DNA of 55,583 nt from Rhodocyclaceae bacterium (GCA_030680085.1 JAUXWU010000012.1:1-55583); one strand, 5' to 3'. Positions 26,728 through 37,587 are shown, numbered from the stretch's first letter. Translations and numbers: made by a program. The notes: generated by a model not told the origin, from the sequence alone.

Positions 26728-27929
26728 TAAAACTTGAGCTTGGTGATGGTGTCGTAAATCGGGCCGAGTACCGAGAGCATCACCCAGCCGAGGATGAGGC
26801 CGACGACGATGGTCATGGCGGGCTCGATCAGCGCCTGGACGCGGGCGATCGATTCGCGCACATCGCGGTTGTAGAAATAGCTGACGTTGGCGAGCGCCGT
26901 GTCGAGCGAGCCGGTATTTTCCCCGACCTTGAGCATGCGGATCACCAGCGGCGGGAACAGGCCGACGTTCTGGAAGGCGACCGTGACGTTCTGGCCTTCG
27001 CCGATCATCTCCTCGACGCGCTGCAGCCCTTCCTGGATGACGACGTTGCCGACAATGCCCTGGGTGGTGCGGATCGAATCGAGAATGGAAATGCCCGACG
27101 CATACATCATGGCGAACACGGCGGCGAAGCGCGACAGGATGATCTTGTTGAGAATCTCGCCGATCCAGGGCAGCCCGAGCAGGGCGGCGTCGAAGCGGTG
27201 GCGCGCGCGCGGGTTGGTTTTCACCGCGACCGCGATGGCGCTGGCGATGAGGATCGGCAGGCCGATGGCGAGGTACCAGTAATTGACAAAGAAATTCGAC
27301 GTGGCGATCAATATCTGGGTATGCAGCGGCAGCTCCTGCCCCATGTTCTTGATGAAGCCGACCATCTTGGGGACGAGATAGAGCATCATGAACAGGGTGA
27401 CCAGCAGTACCACCGTGCCCATGAAGGCCGGGTACATGACGAGCTTTTTGGTCTGCGCGGCCAACTCGTCCTGCCACTTGAGCGTTTCGCCGAGGTTCTT
27501 CAACACTTCGGTGAATTTGCCGGATTCTTCGCCGGCCCTGAAGAGACTGATGAACACGCTGTCAAACACCTGGGGGTGTTCGTCCATCGCCTGGGACAGC
27601 GTCTTGCCGCCTTCGACGCTCTCGATCAGGCCGGCCAGCACTTCGCGGAAGCGGGGGTTGTCGAGGCTGTCGCGCAAATCGGTGAGACTTTCGATGATCG
27701 GCACGCCGGCGCTGGAAAGTTGTTCGAGGTGAAAACAGAAGGTGATCAGCTCGCGGCGGTTGATCTGCATGCCGCCCCAGCGATTGGGCTTGACCGGGCC
27801 GCCGTTGATGAAATCCAGTTCCATGCGCTTCAGGCGCATTTCGAGGTCGACCGGATTGACCGCGTCCATGCGACCGAAAATCTTTCGGCCGCGGGCGTCC
27901 ATCGCTTTGTAAGCGTAGAGAGCCATCAC
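26727..27929 (-). CDS. GspF/PilC/MshG platform protein (cluster 2)
   Basis: YAYKAMD, AGEESG, MYP, VGENTGSLD, IEP. Confidence 0.94.
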   Translation of the reverse strand: MMALYAYKAMDARGRKIFGRMDAVNPVDLEMRLKRMELDFINGGPVKPNRWGGMQINRRELITFCFHLEQLSSAGVPIIESLTDLRDSLDNPRFREVLAGLIESVEGGKTLSQAMDEHPQVFDSVFISLFRAGEESGKFTEVLKNLGETLKWQDELAAQTKKLVMYPAFMGTVVLLVTLFMMLYLVPKMVGFIKNMGQELPLHTQILIATSNFFVNYWYLAIGLPILIASAIAVAVKTNPRARHRFDAALLGLPWIGEILNKIILSRFAAVFAMMYASGISILDSIRTTQGIVGNVVIQEGLQRVEEMIGEGQNVTVAFQNVGLFPPLVIRMLKVGENTGSLDTALANVSYFYNRDVRESIARVQALIEPAMTIVVGLILGWVMLSVLGPIYDTITKLKF

Positions 27930-29620
27930 ATGCGTTCAGTCAAGTCGACAACGCGGGCGACCTCTTCGAGCGAGGTCGCTCCCTCGATGACGCGCCGCAA
28001 GCCATCTTCGGCCAGGGCGCGGAAGCCCTTGGCGTTGGCGACGTTGCGGATCTCGCGGCTGGTGGCGCGGCGGACGATCAGTTCGTCGATATCGCCGTCA
28101 AGCCGCAAAATCTCCATGATGGCGAGCCGACCCTTGTAGCCCTGGTAATCGCACAGTTCGCAGCCGACGGGCCGGTAGAAAATCGGCATCTGGTGAAAGC
28201 GCTCGGTGCCGATCATGCGCAATTCTTCCTTGCCGACCGGGTAGGGCTTGCGGCAGTGCGGGCAGAGTTTGCGCACCAGGCGCTGCGCAATGATGCCGAT
28301 GATGTTGTCGGCCATGATGTCCGGCAGCACGCCGATGTCGAGCAGGCGGGGAATGGCGCCCAGCGCGGAATTGGTGTGCAGGGTGGAGAACACCTGATGA
28401 CCGGTCATGGCGGCGCGGAACGCCATCTCGGCGGTGTCGGCATCGCGGATCTCGCCAACGAGAATGACATCCGGGTCCTGGCGCATCATCGAGCGGATGC
28501 CGTTGGCGAAGTCGAGCTTGGTTGATTCGGACACCGAGGTCTGGCGGATCATCGCCATCGGGTATTCGACTGGATCCTCCAGGGTCATGATGTTGATACT
28601 CTCGTCGTTGATCTGGTTCAACATCGAGTAGAGCGTGGTGGTCTTGCCGCTGCCAGTGGGGCCGGTGACGAGGATGATGCCTTCGGGGCGCGCCATCATG
28701 CGCCGCAGTTGCTCCTGCTGCGCTTCGTCCAGGCCGATCTTGTCGAGCGGCACGATGCCCTTTTGCCGGTCGAGAATGCGCAGCGCCAGGTTTTCGCCAT
28801 GGATGGTCGGCTGGGCCGAGCAACGGAAGTCGACCGCGCGTCCGCTGATGTTCATCGAGATGCGACCGTCCTGCGGGGCGCGGGTTTCCGCGATGTTCAT
28901 GCCGCTGATCACCTTGAGGCGCACCGCCATGGCCGCCCAATAGGATTTGTGCAGGGCGCGGATCTGCCGCAGGATGCCGTCGATGCGGTAGCGGATGCGC
29001 AAAAAGCTTGCCTCCGGCTCGAAGTGAATGTCGGAGGCATCGCGCTTGACGGCATCGGTGAGCAGCGCATCGACCAGACGCACCACTGGCTGGCTGTATT
29101 CGTCGGAAGTGACCGACAGGCTGAGAAAGTCGATTTCGCCGGTCTCGATTTCGTTGAGGATGCCGTCGATCGACAGTTCGTGGCCGTAATGCTGGTCGAT
29201 GCCGCGGGCAATTTCCGACTCGCCCGCCAGCAAGGTGTCAACTTGCAGGTCGGGAGAGATCAAGGCGCGCAACTGGTCGAGCGCGACAATATCGTTGGGG
29301 TCGGCGATGGCGATGGTCAGGCGCCGCTCTGCCGGGGCGTAATCGAGTGGCAGCAGGCGGTGGCGCTTGGCGAGGTCGCGCGGCACCAGGCGCAGGGCCT
29401 GCGGGTCGACCGTGGCGCGGGCGAGGTCGATGGATTTATGGCCGAGCGATTCGCCGAGCGCATCGCGCAAGGTCGCCTCGGAAACGAAGCCCAGACTGAC
29501 CAGCAGCTTGCCGACCGGCTGGGTGCACTTCATCTGCTCCAGCAGCGCAATGCGCAACTGATCTTCGCTGATGACGCCCCGCGCGATCAGAATTTGGCCG
29601 ATGGGGTGGGTGTTCATCAC
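27926..29620 (-). CDS. GspE/PilB/MshE assembly ATPase (cluster 2)
   Basis: ASDIHFEP, GPTGSGKTT, RQDPDVILVGEIRD, CPHC...CELC. Confidence 0.95.
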   Translation of the reverse strand: MMNTHPIGQILIARGVISEDQLRIALLEQMKCTQPVGKLLVSLGFVSEATLRDALGESLGHKSIDLARATVDPQALRLVPRDLAKRHRLLPLDYAPAERRLTIAIADPNDIVALDQLRALISPDLQVDTLLAGESEIARGIDQHYGHELSIDGILNEIETGEIDFLSLSVTSDEYSQPVVRLVDALLTDAVKRDASDIHFEPEASFLRIRYRIDGILRQIRALHKSYWAAMAVRLKVISGMNIAETRAPQDGRISMNISGRAVDFRCSAQPTIHGENLALRILDRQKGIVPLDKIGLDEAQQEQLRRMMARPEGIILVTGPTGSGKTTTLYSMLNQINDESINIMTLEDPVEYPMAMIRQTSVSESTKLDFANGIRSMMRQDPDVILVGEIRDADTAEMAFRAAMTGHQVFSTLHTNSALGAIPRLLDIGVLPDIMADNIIGIIAQRLVRKLCPHCRKPYPVGKEELRMIGTERFHQMPIFYRPVGCELCDYQGYKGRLAIMEILRLDGDIDELIVRRATSREIRNVANAKGFRALAEDGLRRVIEGATSLEEVARVVDLTERM

Positions 29621-29636
29621 TGCAACGCGAGTCGGG

Positions 29637-30956
29637 TCAAGGTTGCTGTGGCGATTGGAGCGTTTTCAGCCGTACCGCAACCTGGGCCGGGTCAAAACCA
29701 GCGGGTTGCCGTACCGCGGCAGCCAGCGCCTGGTTGTAATACTGGATGGCCAGGCGGCCCTGCCGCAACTGGTCGAGGCTGACGGCCAGGTTGAACAGGT
29801 AGTCGGGGTTTGCGGGGTCGGCGACATGTGCCTTGAAGTAGGCCTGTTGCGCGTCGCCCCACAGGGCGTTCCTGGCGTAAAGATTGCCCAGGGCGAAATT
29901 GAGGAATGGTGAATCGGGCTGTTCGGCCAGCAGATTCTTGAGCCGACTCTCGGTCTGCTGGGGATCGCCATGACCTTTCAGGTTGATGAGCCCGGAGAGC
30001 GCCAGCGCGTCCTTGGGGTTGGCCTCGAGCGCGCGCAGATAAAACTCGGCGGCTTGGTTCGGTTGTTGCTGTTGCAGGGCAACGGCGGCCAGGCCATACA
30101 AGGCGTCGGAATTTTTCGGATCGGTTTCGAGGGTGCGCAGCCAGGCGGACTGCGCCAGCGGGATGTCGCCGCGATTGAAAGCCGCGAAGGCCTGCTCCAG
30201 CAGGGGGTTGGTCTTTTGCGGCGCCGCGGTGACGCGGATCGGGTTTTGCGCAGGGGCTGGCTTCGTTGTGGCGGGCGCCGTAAAAGTCGGCGCTGGCGGG
30301 ACGGCGGCAGCCGGCACGCCGCCAACAGTGGGGACGGCGTTAGCCGGTGTCGCAACCACGGCCATGGGCGCTGGCGCTGCGGCAGACTGAAGCTGCGTGG
30401 CAGTGGCGGACAAAGGCGCCCCGGCCCCGCCGCTGGCAACGAGTCCGCCCTTGGGTTGCCCCATCTGATCCATCTGCCACCAGAAATAACCGCCGATGCC
30501 CACCGTGGCAATCAAGGTGAGTGCGCCAACGGCGATGGCAAAGTTGCGGCTGTCCTTGGGCGCTGGATGCTTGGCGGCGAAAAGCGTGCGCGCCGTTTCG
30601 CGCGCGGCGTCTGAATTGCTTTTGCTGCTTTCCGGGGCGGCGGCGGGCGCGGTTTTCCGTGCCGTGGCGGCCGGGCGCGCGGCCTGCGGCGAGCGGCCCG
30701 CTGGCGTGACGAACTGCGCGTCGAGGTCTTCGAGCCGGGTCGGCAGTTCAGGCAGGCGGATCGATCCCGCCTTGGCGGTTTCATCCGCCGCCACCGCCTG
30801 GGCGGGATTTGACCCAGACTCGGACCCGACCGGCGCGGAGAGGGGTTCAAGCGCCAGTTTTGCCGAAACCCCCTGCTGCCGAGGCGACTGCTCCGGCACG
30901 GCGCCTTCCTGTTTCTGCTGCTCCGCCTTGCGGAGTGCGTCCATCAGCAGGCTCAC
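29637..30956 (-). CDS. MshN-like TPR protein (cluster 2)
   Basis: MSLLMDALRKAE, TM helix, C-terminal TPRs (FNLAVSLDQL). Confidence 0.85.
   Translation of the reverse strand: MSLLMDALRKAEQQKQEGAVPEQSPRQQGVSAKLALEPLSAPVGSESGSNPAQAVAADETAKAGSIRLPELPTRLEDLDAQFVTPAGRSPQAARPAATARKTAPAAAPESSKSNSDAARETARTLFAAKHPAPKDSRNFAIAVGALTLIATVGIGGYFWWQMDQMGQPKGGLVASGGAGAPLSATATQLQSAAAPAPMAVVATPANAVPTVGGVPAAAVPPAPTFTAPATTKPAPAQNPIRVTAAPQKTNPLLEQAFAAFNRGDIPLAQSAWLRTLETDPKNSDALYGLAAVALQQQQPNQAAEFYLRALEANPKDALALSGLINLKGHGDPQQTESRLKNLLAEQPDSPFLNFALGNLYARNALWGDAQQAYFKAHVADPANPDYLFNLAVSLDQLRQGRLAIQYYNQALAAAVRQPAGFDPAQVAVRLKTLQSPQQP
30282..30307 (+). repeat. Dispersed motif copy 9, antisense in the TPR gene (AVPPAPTF)
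   Basis: aaaagtcggcgctggcgggacggcgg. Confidence 0.92.
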
Positions 30957-32833
30957 TGTTGCCCGCTCCTGAAATCGAACTGCTGACGCTGCGGACCGAC
31001 GTTGTCTTTTTCGAAGAAATCCTGGCCGGGCATATGGTTCCTATATTCCGCATAGTCACCCTGGATACTGGCATCCTTGATCACAATCGGACGCAGAAAA
31101 ATGACCAGTTCGGTTTTATTGCTTTTGTCGTTAGTATTTTTGAACAGGTTGCCTAGCAACGGTATGTTCCATGCGGCGGGAACCGCGTCGGTCAGGTTGT
31201 TGATCTCCTCCTGCATCAGGCCGCCCATCACGGCGATTTGTCCGCTGCCTATCCTGATGATTGATTCCATCTCTCTTGTCTGAATTTCCGGGACGCGGTT
31301 GACGACACCTGCTTTTGCCAGGTCAGGATTTGGGTCGTTTGCATAGCCAACGATGCGGGTGATGGTCGGCCGCAGATTGATTGTTACCGTGTCGGCGTCA
31401 CTGATCTGCGGCGTGACATTCATGAAAAAACCCACTGAAATTGAGTGGGGCGTGGTGTTGTAAGTTGCATAAGCGGCGGTAGTTGCGGTTGCCGGAGTAA
31501 TCACGGCCGATACTGTGAAATACACTTTGTTATCAGCCACTTTTAACGTGGCAGTCTGGTTGTTCATCACGCTCAATTTCGGACTGGATAAAACCTTCAC
31601 GTTGCCAAAAGACTCCAGCAATGAAATTTTGGCAGCCAGATTGCCAATTCTTGAGGTGGGGTTGTCATAAGCGATGGTGAAAATGTTCAATGGGTTCGCG
31701 CTCGGCAGGCCGACTGTTCCCGCTTGTACGAATTCAAATCCTTTCGCGCCACTGCGCAGGGCTGACCAATTGATGCCTTGCTTGTGGTTGTTGTTGAGGT
31801 TTACTTCCACGATGGTGGCCTCGATCAACACCTGGCGCTTTGCCGTGCGCATTACCTGGTCTATGAATTCTTGAATCTTTTCATGTTGTCGGCTCGTTGC
31901 GCGAACAATTAGAACCCCGGTTTCCCGGTTCGCAAAAACCGAGACCGCAGGTTCGTATTCGCCAATTTTCTGTTTTGCGGCCGAGCGGCTTTCTGCTTCC
32001 TGATTGCCGCTTCCAGAAACATGCCCACCTGGGCCGCTGGTTGCCTTTGTAGAGGTAGCAGCAGCGGTATTGCCAGTTGCGGCTGCGGCGGCGGATGTCG
32101 CAGCGCCACCAGTAGTCATTCCGGCAGAAATTCTCCCGTCGCCGGATGTCCTGGCTTTGACATCAACTTCAGTATCAATTTGCGCCCGATAACGTAACTT
32201 ATCCTCTTCCTTGAGCCAGTCCGAGACATTGTTGATCAAGCTTTCCATCAAATCGTTCTTGGTGTCGCTGGTAACCAGGGTTGTCGCCGAATTGCCCCCC
32301 GCGCTACCAGACCCGCCGCCGGTTGCCGCGCTGGCAATTTGGGTGGATGTAGAAATACTGCTTTTTACGGTGCGCGCCATGTTCACAAAGTCGACTTTGT
32401 GCGTTCTCAAAAAAGGCTTGTCCGGCATGACCGACAGGTTTGCGCCATCCAGTTCCCAGCGAATATCGGCTTGTTTGGTGATTCTTGCCAGCAGTTGTTG
32501 CAGGGTCTGGTCGATGGCATTCATGGTCACCAGACCTTCGATGCCGGGATGGATGTCCACGTTGAGATTGGCATCGCGGGCGAGAGCAAATAGCAGTTCC
32601 TGCACATGGACATTGCTAACGACGACGCTGTAGGTCTCGACCTTGGGCGCCACTTTGGGTTTCGGCAAGACCAGTGTTTGCTGGACCGGGGCCGGGATAG
32701 ACGCCGCCGCATTGTCCTGGCCAGCGCCGACTTTCTCGGCGCTCAGATGACCGCTCCCCGGTTTCTGCACGGGTGCCGTGCTGCAGGCGGCGGTAATCAG
32801 CAGCAGGGCCGGAATGAAGAGAGGTCTTTTCAT
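30953..32833 (-). CDS. MshL-type secretin, lipoprotein (cluster 2)
   Basis: Lipobox TAAC, RQVLIEATIVEV, LSSPKLSVMNNQ, GQIAVMGGL, ELVIFLRP. Confidence 0.93.
   Translation of the reverse strand: MKRPLFIPALLLITAACSTAPVQKPGSGHLSAEKVGAGQDNAAASIPAPVQQTLVLPKPKVAPKVETYSVVVSNVHVQELLFALARDANLNVDIHPGIEGLVTMNAIDQTLQQLLARITKQADIRWELDGANLSVMPDKPFLRTHKVDFVNMARTVKSSISTSTQIASAATGGGSGSAGGNSATTLVTSDTKNDLMESLINNVSDWLKEEDKLRYRAQIDTEVDVKARTSGDGRISAGMTTGGAATSAAAAATGNTAAATSTKATSGPGGHVSGSGNQEAESRSAAKQKIGEYEPAVSVFANRETGVLIVRATSRQHEKIQEFIDQVMRTAKRQVLIEATIVEVNLNNNHKQGINWSALRSGAKGFEFVQAGTVGLPSANPLNIFTIAYDNPTSRIGNLAAKISLLESFGNVKVLSSPKLSVMNNQTATLKVADNKVYFTVSAVITPATATTAAYATYNTTPHSISVGFFMNVTPQISDADTVTINLRPTITRIVGYANDPNPDLAKAGVVNRVPEIQTREMESIIRIGSGQIAVMGGLMQEEINNLTDAVPAAWNIPLLGNLFKNTNDKSNKTELVIFLRPIVIKDASIQGDYAEYRNHMPGQDFFEKDNVGPQRQQFDFRSGQQ
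32712..32734 (-). repeat. Dispersed motif copy 10 (15-bp core intact), in the secretin gene (KVGAGQD)
   Basis: ttgtcctggccagcgccgacttt. Confidence 0.75.
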
Positions 32834-32848
32834 GATCGCGTGGCTGGC

Positions 32849-34216
32849 TTATCTCAACTGGACGACTTGCCGGGCGTAGGGGTTGTGGGCCCGGAGTGCC
32901 GGGGGCAGGTTCCTTGAATCGTCAATGGCATCATTGCGAGAAGCATAGTCGCCGTAGATTACACCGTAGCGGGCCGTGCCGCTCAGGCTGGAGCGATAAA
33001 CCCGCAACTTGGCCGGCTCCACTCCGGCGCCATGCGCCCTGACCAAGAAGGCTTCGACCAGTTCGGGACGAGCGGCCGAGGTGGTGAGCAGTTGCAAAAA
33101 CCACCGGTGTGGCGGGGCGGCGTCCAGCCAGGGCTGGCTTTCCGCCAGCAATTTTTCCAGCCGAGGGGGTGAGGGTTGCGTCGGTGGCTGGGTTGGTGGC
33201 TGCGACAGTGGCGGTTGTTCCGCCGTGGGGGAGGCTTCGGCTTGCGCCACCGGCGGCAGGATTGTCGCGGGTGGTTCCGCGGCTGGCAGCTCGACGGGTT
33301 GATCAACCATGTGCCAGACGGCCACGCTGGCCAGCATCGCGATTGCGCCACCGACTGCCCAGGCGAGCGCGTGCCAGGGCCGCGGACCCTCGCCTGGCGC
33401 GGGGTGGTTGGCAAACTCGGAATCCCGAATCGCCGCCCTGACTTCTTTTGCACCGACCTGATGCCCCCCCGCGGCAAAGGCCGCCAGGAGCGCCTTGTCG
33501 GCGAGGATGTTGATGCGGCGGGTCAGTCCCTGCGATGCGGCCGTGATCAGCTTGATGGCGGCCGGGGCAAAGATGCCGGGCCCCCGGTAGCCGGCGGCGC
33601 GCATGCGGAAATCCAGGTACTGGGCGATGTCGTCGCGCACCAGCGGTTCGAGACCGAAATTGTGCGTGATGCGCTCGCGCAACTGGCGCATGTCGGAACG
33701 CGCCAGGGTTGCGTTGATTTCGGGTTGGCCGAACAGCACGAGCTGTAGCAATTTATGCCGGTTTGATTCCAGATTCGACAGCAGGCGGATTGCTTCCAGC
33801 GTCTCGTTCGGCATGGCGTGCGCTTCGTCGATCAGGACAACGACCTGCTGGCCGGCGGCGTAGAGCGCAACGAGTTTTTCCTGCAAGGCGCGCATCACGG
33901 TGTTGACGCGGCTGTGTTCAGGAACGGTGATCGCCAGTTCATCGGCGAGGGCGTAGAGAATGTCCTCGCGCGAGAGCGAGGGGTTGGCCAGATAAATGGT
34001 GACCACATGCTCGGGCAGGCGTTCCATCAACACCCGGCACAGCATGGTCTTGCCGCTGCCCACTTCGCCGCTGACCTTGACGATGCCTTCGTCGTGGGTG
34101 ATGGCGTAGAGCAGCGCTTCCAGCGTGGCGCCGCGATTGGCGCCGGCAAAGAAGAAATCCGTGTGCGGGGTGATGCGGAAGGGGGCTTCGCCGAGGCCGT
34201 AGTGTTCCAGGTACAT
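32849..34216 (-). CDS. ExeA/MshM AAA ATPase with C-terminal SPOR-like domain (cluster 2)
   Basis: GEVGSGKT, LIDEAH, RRINILADKAL, TM helix, YGVIYGDY...LPPAL. Confidence 0.9.
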   Translation of the reverse strand: MYLEHYGLGEAPFRITPHTDFFFAGANRGATLEALLYAITHDEGIVKVSGEVGSGKTMLCRVLMERLPEHVVTIYLANPSLSREDILYALADELAITVPEHSRVNTVMRALQEKLVALYAAGQQVVVLIDEAHAMPNETLEAIRLLSNLESNRHKLLQLVLFGQPEINATLARSDMRQLRERITHNFGLEPLVRDDIAQYLDFRMRAAGYRGPGIFAPAAIKLITAASQGLTRRINILADKALLAAFAAGGHQVGAKEVRAAIRDSEFANHPAPGEGPRPWHALAWAVGGAIAMLASVAVWHMVDQPVELPAAEPPATILPPVAQAEASPTAEQPPLSQPPTQPPTQPSPPRLEKLLAESQPWLDAAPPHRWFLQLLTTSAARPELVEAFLVRAHGAGVEPAKLRVYRSSLSGTARYGVIYGDYASRNDAIDDSRNLPPALRAHNPYARQVVQLR

Positions 34217-34223
34217 GGCTGCG

Positions 34224-35741
34224 TTAATTCAGCGGATCGGCGGTGGAAGAGGGGGGCAGCGCGCCGTCCGCGCGCTCCTTGGCCAGTGCGTCCAGCCGGT
34301 TATACAGCGTCGTGCGGTTGATGCCCAGCAGGCGGGCGGCCTGGCTGATGTTACCGTTGGCCAGGCGCCGGGCCGCTTCAATGTAGGCATCTTCCCAGCG
34401 CAGCAGGTTGGCGTTGAGGTCGAATCCGACGCTTCCCCGCAGATGGTTGCTGGCGTTTTCGATCAAGGCTTCGCGATCATTCGAGGATGACGTTGGCGGT
34501 ATTGGCAGCGTTGGCAACGTGGGCGGTTGACTGCCAGCGATCGGCGCGCCGCCGGGTTCTCCGGGGTCGAACTCTTCGGCCAGGACGGCGGCGGAAACGG
34601 TCTGTCCCGGGAAGCGTGTGGCCAGCCGGATGACGATGTTGCGCAGTTCGCGCACATTGCCCGGAAATTCATAGGCCAGCCACAGCGCTTTGGCCTCCGG
34701 GGCGAGCACGAAGGGCGGCTGCTTGAGTTGTGCGGCCAGTTGGTGACGAAAATGGTCGAGCAGACGCAGCCGGTCGTCACCCAGTGCGCGCAACGGCGGC
34801 ACGCTGACCGTGAATACCGACAGGCGGTGATAGAGATCGGCACGGAAACTACCGGCGCGCACTGCCTGCTTGAGGTCGCGATTGGTTGCAGCGACGACGC
34901 GGGCCTGCGAGTGGCGTGACTGGGTGTCGCCAACGCGCTGATATTCACCGTTCTCGAGTACGCGCAACAGCTTGGGTTGTAGTTCGAGGGGCAGCTCGCC
35001 GATCTCATCAAGCAATAAAGTGCCCGCGCCGGCCTCCTCGAAATAACCGGCGCGCATGCCGGTGGCGCCGGTAAAGGCGCCCTTGGCGTGGCCGAACAGG
35101 GCGGGCTCGACCAGGGTTGGCGCGATGGCGGCGCAATTGAGCGTCAGATAGGGCTGTCGCTGCCGTTGCGAAAGCTTGTGCAGGGCAGCCGCCGCCAGTT
35201 CCTTGCCGCTGCCGGATTCGCCCTCGATTAACACCGGAAAGGGCGAATCGGCATATTGTTTGAGTTGAGCGCGCAGTTTTTGTATCGCCAGGCTGTTTCC
35301 CAGCAGGGACAATTCGGTCGTGCTGGTCTGCGCCAGCCCGATATTGAGGAGATGCAGCAACAGTTCCCGCAGGCGCTCGGGTATCGCGGGTTTGGCGACG
35401 AATTCGACCGCCCCCAGTGCCCGCGCATGACGGGCGTTAGCCGTGTCGTTCTGGCCCGACAGCACGACAATCCGGATCGTCGGCGCCCGCGTCAGGAGTT
35501 CGCTGATCAGCGCAAAGCCTTCTTGTGGCCGGTGCGGGGTGGGTGGCAAACCGAGATCAACCAACGCCAGCGGCGGCGGCCCGGCCTGACTTTGCAGCCA
35601 GTCAATCGCTGCGGGGCGGCTGCCGACGGTAAATACTTGGAAATCCGTCCCGAGGTAATAGCTCAGGGTGTCGGTGATCAACGGATCATCATCGACGATA
35701 AGAAGTACCGGCTTATCCACGGCTGCACTGGGGGCGCTCAT
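34224..35741 (-). CDS. Sigma54-dependent response regulator (REC-AAA+-Fis HTH), PrsR-like
   Basis: LIVDDD, LVDLGLPP, GESGSGKE, GAFTGA, FPGNVREL, AARLLGINRTTLY; start ATG 35741 (the longer ORF runs into a repeat). Confidence 0.93.
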   Translation of the reverse strand: MSAPSAAVDKPVLLIVDDDPLITDTLSYYLGTDFQVFTVGSRPAAIDWLQSQAGPPPLALVDLGLPPTPHRPQEGFALISELLTRAPTIRIVVLSGQNDTANARHARALGAVEFVAKPAIPERLRELLLHLLNIGLAQTSTTELSLLGNSLAIQKLRAQLKQYADSPFPVLIEGESGSGKELAAAALHKLSQRQRQPYLTLNCAAIAPTLVEPALFGHAKGAFTGATGMRAGYFEEAGAGTLLLDEIGELPLELQPKLLRVLENGEYQRVGDTQSRHSQARVVAATNRDLKQAVRAGSFRADLYHRLSVFTVSVPPLRALGDDRLRLLDHFRHQLAAQLKQPPFVLAPEAKALWLAYEFPGNVRELRNIVIRLATRFPGQTVSAAVLAEEFDPGEPGGAPIAGSQPPTLPTLPIPPTSSSNDREALIENASNHLRGSVGFDLNANLLRWEDAYIEAARRLANGNISQAARLLGINRTTLYNRLDALAKERADGALPPSSTADPLN

Positions 35742-35783
35742 GGCGGTCGATATTACCCGATGCGCTCGGCGGTCGATGCACGA

Positions 35784-35885
35784 CTTCCCCCTTTGAAAAA
35801 GGGGGATTGAGGGGGATTTGAATTCGTGGCGATTGTGCATACACTGCCAAATCCCCCCTCGCCCCCCTTTTTCAAAGGGGGGAAG
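35784..35885. repeat. ~100-bp REP/REPIN-like inverted repeat with nested palindromes
   Basis: cttccccctttgaaaaagggggattgagggggatttg ... caaatcccccctcgcccccctttttcaaaggggggaag. Confidence 0.85.
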
Positions 35886-35917
35886 TGCGTAATGCAGCGC
35901 TAGCCAGCTTGCGTATA

Positions 35918-36793
35918 ATGAACAGCTTATTTTTCGCTACCCTGCCGCTTTTGCTAGCCACCTCCGCATCCGCCGATCCCCTGGTCCAGATTCGCGACCT
36001 CAGCTTTGCCTACGACAGCCGCTCGATCCTGTCCGGAATCAACATCACGATTCCGCGCGGCAAGGTGGTGGCCATCATGGGGCCGAGTGGTTGCGGCAAG
36101 ACCACGACCTTGCGCCTGATCGGCGGCCAGTTGCGGCCGACCGCTGGCGAAGTGCTGGTGGCCGGGCAGGTGGTGCATGAATTCGATGATGACGGCCTGT
36201 ACCGGATGCGGCGGCGCATGGGCATGCTGTTCCAGTTTGGCGCGCTATTTACCGACATGTCGGTGTATGACAACGTCGCCTTTCAGATGCGCGAACACAC
36301 CGATCTGCCGGAAGCGTTGATCCACGACCTGGTGTTGATGAAGCTGCACGCGGTGGGTTTGCGCGGCGCGCATCGACTGATGCCCGCCGAGCTGTCGGGC
36401 GGCATGGCGCGGCGCGTGGCCCTGGCGCGGGCGATCGCGCTCGACCCGATGTTGATCATGTATGACGAGCCGTTCGCCGGCCTCGACCCGATTTCGCTGT
36501 CCATCATTGGCGAGTTGATCCGCACGCTGAATGACGCGCTGGGCGCCAGTTCCATCGTCGTGACGCACGATGTGCATGAATCATTGAAGATCGTCGATTA
36601 CATCTATTTTGTTTCCGAAGGCAAGATTGTCGCCGAGGGCACCGCCGAGGAAATCAAGGAATCGCAGGCGCCCTATGTGCATCAATTTGTCTGGGGAGAA
36701 GCCGATGGCCCCGTGCCTTTCCATTACCCGGCGCGCCCCTATGGGGAGGAAATGATGGAACAGCCCTCCCGGCCGCGGCGGTGGTGGTCATGA
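35918..36793 (+). CDS. mlaF: Mla ABC transporter ATPase
   Basis: [27 protein letters not shown]; start uncertain. Confidence 0.93.
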   Translation: MNSLFFATLPLLLATSASADPLVQIRDLSFAYDSRSILSGINITIPRGKVVAIMGPSGCGKTTTLRLIGGQLRPTAGEVLVAGQVVHEFDDDGLYRMRRRMGMLFQFGALFTDMSVYDNVAFQMREHTDLPEALIHDLVLMKLHAVGLRGAHRLMPAELSGGMARRVALARAIALDPMLIMYDEPFAGLDPISLSIIGELIRTLNDALGASSIVVTHDVHESLKIVDYIYFVSEGKIVAEGTAEEIKESQAPYVHQFVWGEADGPVPFHYPARPYGEEMMEQPSRPRRWWS

Positions 36794-37587
36794 ACAACGC
36801 CCGCGTGCAACAGATATTGCGCCAGATGGGGCATCAGGTGACCGATCGCCTGTGGCGGCTGGGTTTTGCCTGCCGTTTTCTGCTGATGACCGTGCTGTAT
36901 TCCGGCACGGCCCTGAAGCGCTTTCATCTGACGATTCGCGAGATTTACTTCACCGGCGTTTTGAGCCTGATCATCATCCTGGTGTCCGGGATGTTCGTCG
37001 GCATGGTGCTGGGCCTGCAGGGTTACGATACCCTGCAACGCTATGGCGCTGCCGAGTCGCTGGGCGTTCTGGTGGCGCTATCCCTGGTGCGCGAACTGGG
37101 GCCGGTGGTCGCCGCGCTCCTGTTCGCCAGCCGGGCGGGTTCCGCCATCACCGCCGAGATTGGCTTGATGAAGGCCACCGAACAGTTATCGGCCATGGAG
37201 ATGATGGCCGTCAGCCCCATCGCGCGCGTCGTCGCGCCGCGCTTTTGGGCCGGCGTGATTTCGATGCCGATGCTGGCCGCGCTGTTTTCGGCGATGGGCG
37301 TGCTGGGTGGTTACCTGGTCGGCGTGCAGTTGATCGGCGTCGATGAGGGCGCGTTCTGGTCGCAGATGCAGGCCGCCGTCGATTTCCGCCAGGACATCAT
37401 GAATGGCGTGATCAAGAGCTTTGTGTTTGGTGTTCTGGTGTCCTGGATCGCCGTTTTCGAAGGTTTTGACGCCGATCCGACCGCCGAAGGCGTGTCGCGC
37501 GCCACCACGCGTACCGTGGTGACCTCTTCGTTGGCGATCTTGGCGGCAGACTTTGTATTGACCGCATTTATGTTCAGGGGAATCTGA
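36790..37587 (+). CDS. mlaE: Mla permease
   Basis: [22 protein letters not shown]. Confidence 0.95.
   Translation: MNNARVQQILRQMGHQVTDRLWRLGFACRFLLMTVLYSGTALKRFHLTIREIYFTGVLSLIIILVSGMFVGMVLGLQGYDTLQRYGAAESLGVLVALSLVRELGPVVAALLFASRAGSAITAEIGLMKATEQLSAMEMMAVSPIARVVAPRFWAGVISMPMLAALFSAMGVLGGYLVGVQLIGVDEGAFWSQMQAAVDFRQDIMNGVIKSFVFGVLVSWIAVFEGFDADPTAEGVSRATTRTVVTSSLAILAADFVLTAFMFRGI

Noticed and set aside
26728-27477. N-terminal 250-aa extension of the 773-aa ORF
   Set aside because: It overlaps the GspF gene in another frame; the plausible start is ATG 26727, coupled to the GspF stop.
35742-35840. N-terminal extension of the response regulator
   Set aside because: It is translated from the inverted-repeat element; the REC domain begins just after Met at 35741.
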